DNA from: Paraspadella gotoi | Taxonomy: Eukaryota > Animalia > Chaetognatha | Direction: 5' to 3' | Length of the DNA: 64,000 bases | Assembly (NCBI GenBank): GCA_051294375.1 | Contig: CM119271.1 | Span: 13,451,515 to 13,515,514 of the forward strand | Program-made: the position numbers and the translations under genes | Shown here: positions 63,780 through 64,000 of the stretch, piece after piece | Numbering within the stretch: the first letter of the stretch is position 1 | How the letters are laid out: every line of letters starts with the position of its first letter | The notes under the pieces: generated by a model | Seen by the model: only the letters and a program-made list of their open reading frames with translations | Told to the model about the DNA's origin: nothing | Databases searched by the model: none

Positions 63780-64000
63780 CGGAGGGTGCCCCCGACTCTT
63801 CCTCCGCCGATCATCGTTCGCAAATCCTGCCTCAAAACCCGCTACCGCGCCGACGACGTCGACGACGACGATGGCGACGACGACGACGCCGATCTCGACG
63901 ACGACGACGCCGGTTTCGCCATCGACGGCGTCCCGGCGCTCTCCAAGACGCTGCCTCCCATCGCCTTCGCTCGCCCTCTGCCGCAGTCGAAGTCCCTCGA
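63780..64000 (+). CDS. candidate coding exon fragment, unknown protein; open at both ends
   Basis: GC-rich, stop-free frame with strong third-position C/G bias: RRVPPTLPPPIIVRKSCLKTRYRADDVDDDDGDDDDADLDDDDAGFAIDGVPALSKTLPPIAFARPLPQSKSL. Confidence 0.5.

Overview
Repeat-dominated, AT-rich eukaryotic scaffold; the repeat types suggest an invertebrate animal (inference). It is not prokaryotic: there are no operons, CRISPR arrays, rRNA or intact tRNA genes. Almost every ORF in the track is a microsatellite, low-complexity or N-gap artefact. Supportable content: (1) a ~9.6-kb Ty3/gypsy-type LTR retrotransposon (31017-40606) with two LTRs, a GTGCT target-site duplication, a PPT, a Leu-tRNA-like PBS and frameshifted PR/RT/RNase H/integrase remnants. 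Its empty site is present in a second copy of the locus (~47575). (2) A non-autonomous Helentron-type (HINE/DINE-1-like) family defined by the subterminal repeat GTCGGATCTGC, including a complete copy (9635-10331) and a 2.4-kb copy (21481-23870) whose empty site is at ~14561. (3) A tRNA-derived SINE family. (4) An unclassified ~210-bp dispersed repeat. (5) Several mini- and microsatellites, some telomere-like. (6) A few weak exon candidates, the best at the right edge. Much of the window is duplicated, indel-rich sequence next to seven gaps of exactly 25 N, which points to gap-filling with raw long reads. Duplications, fold-backs and frameshifts are therefore suspect. I found no convincing new biological system. 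The best leads are the two filled/empty insertion pairs and the uncharacterised repeat families.
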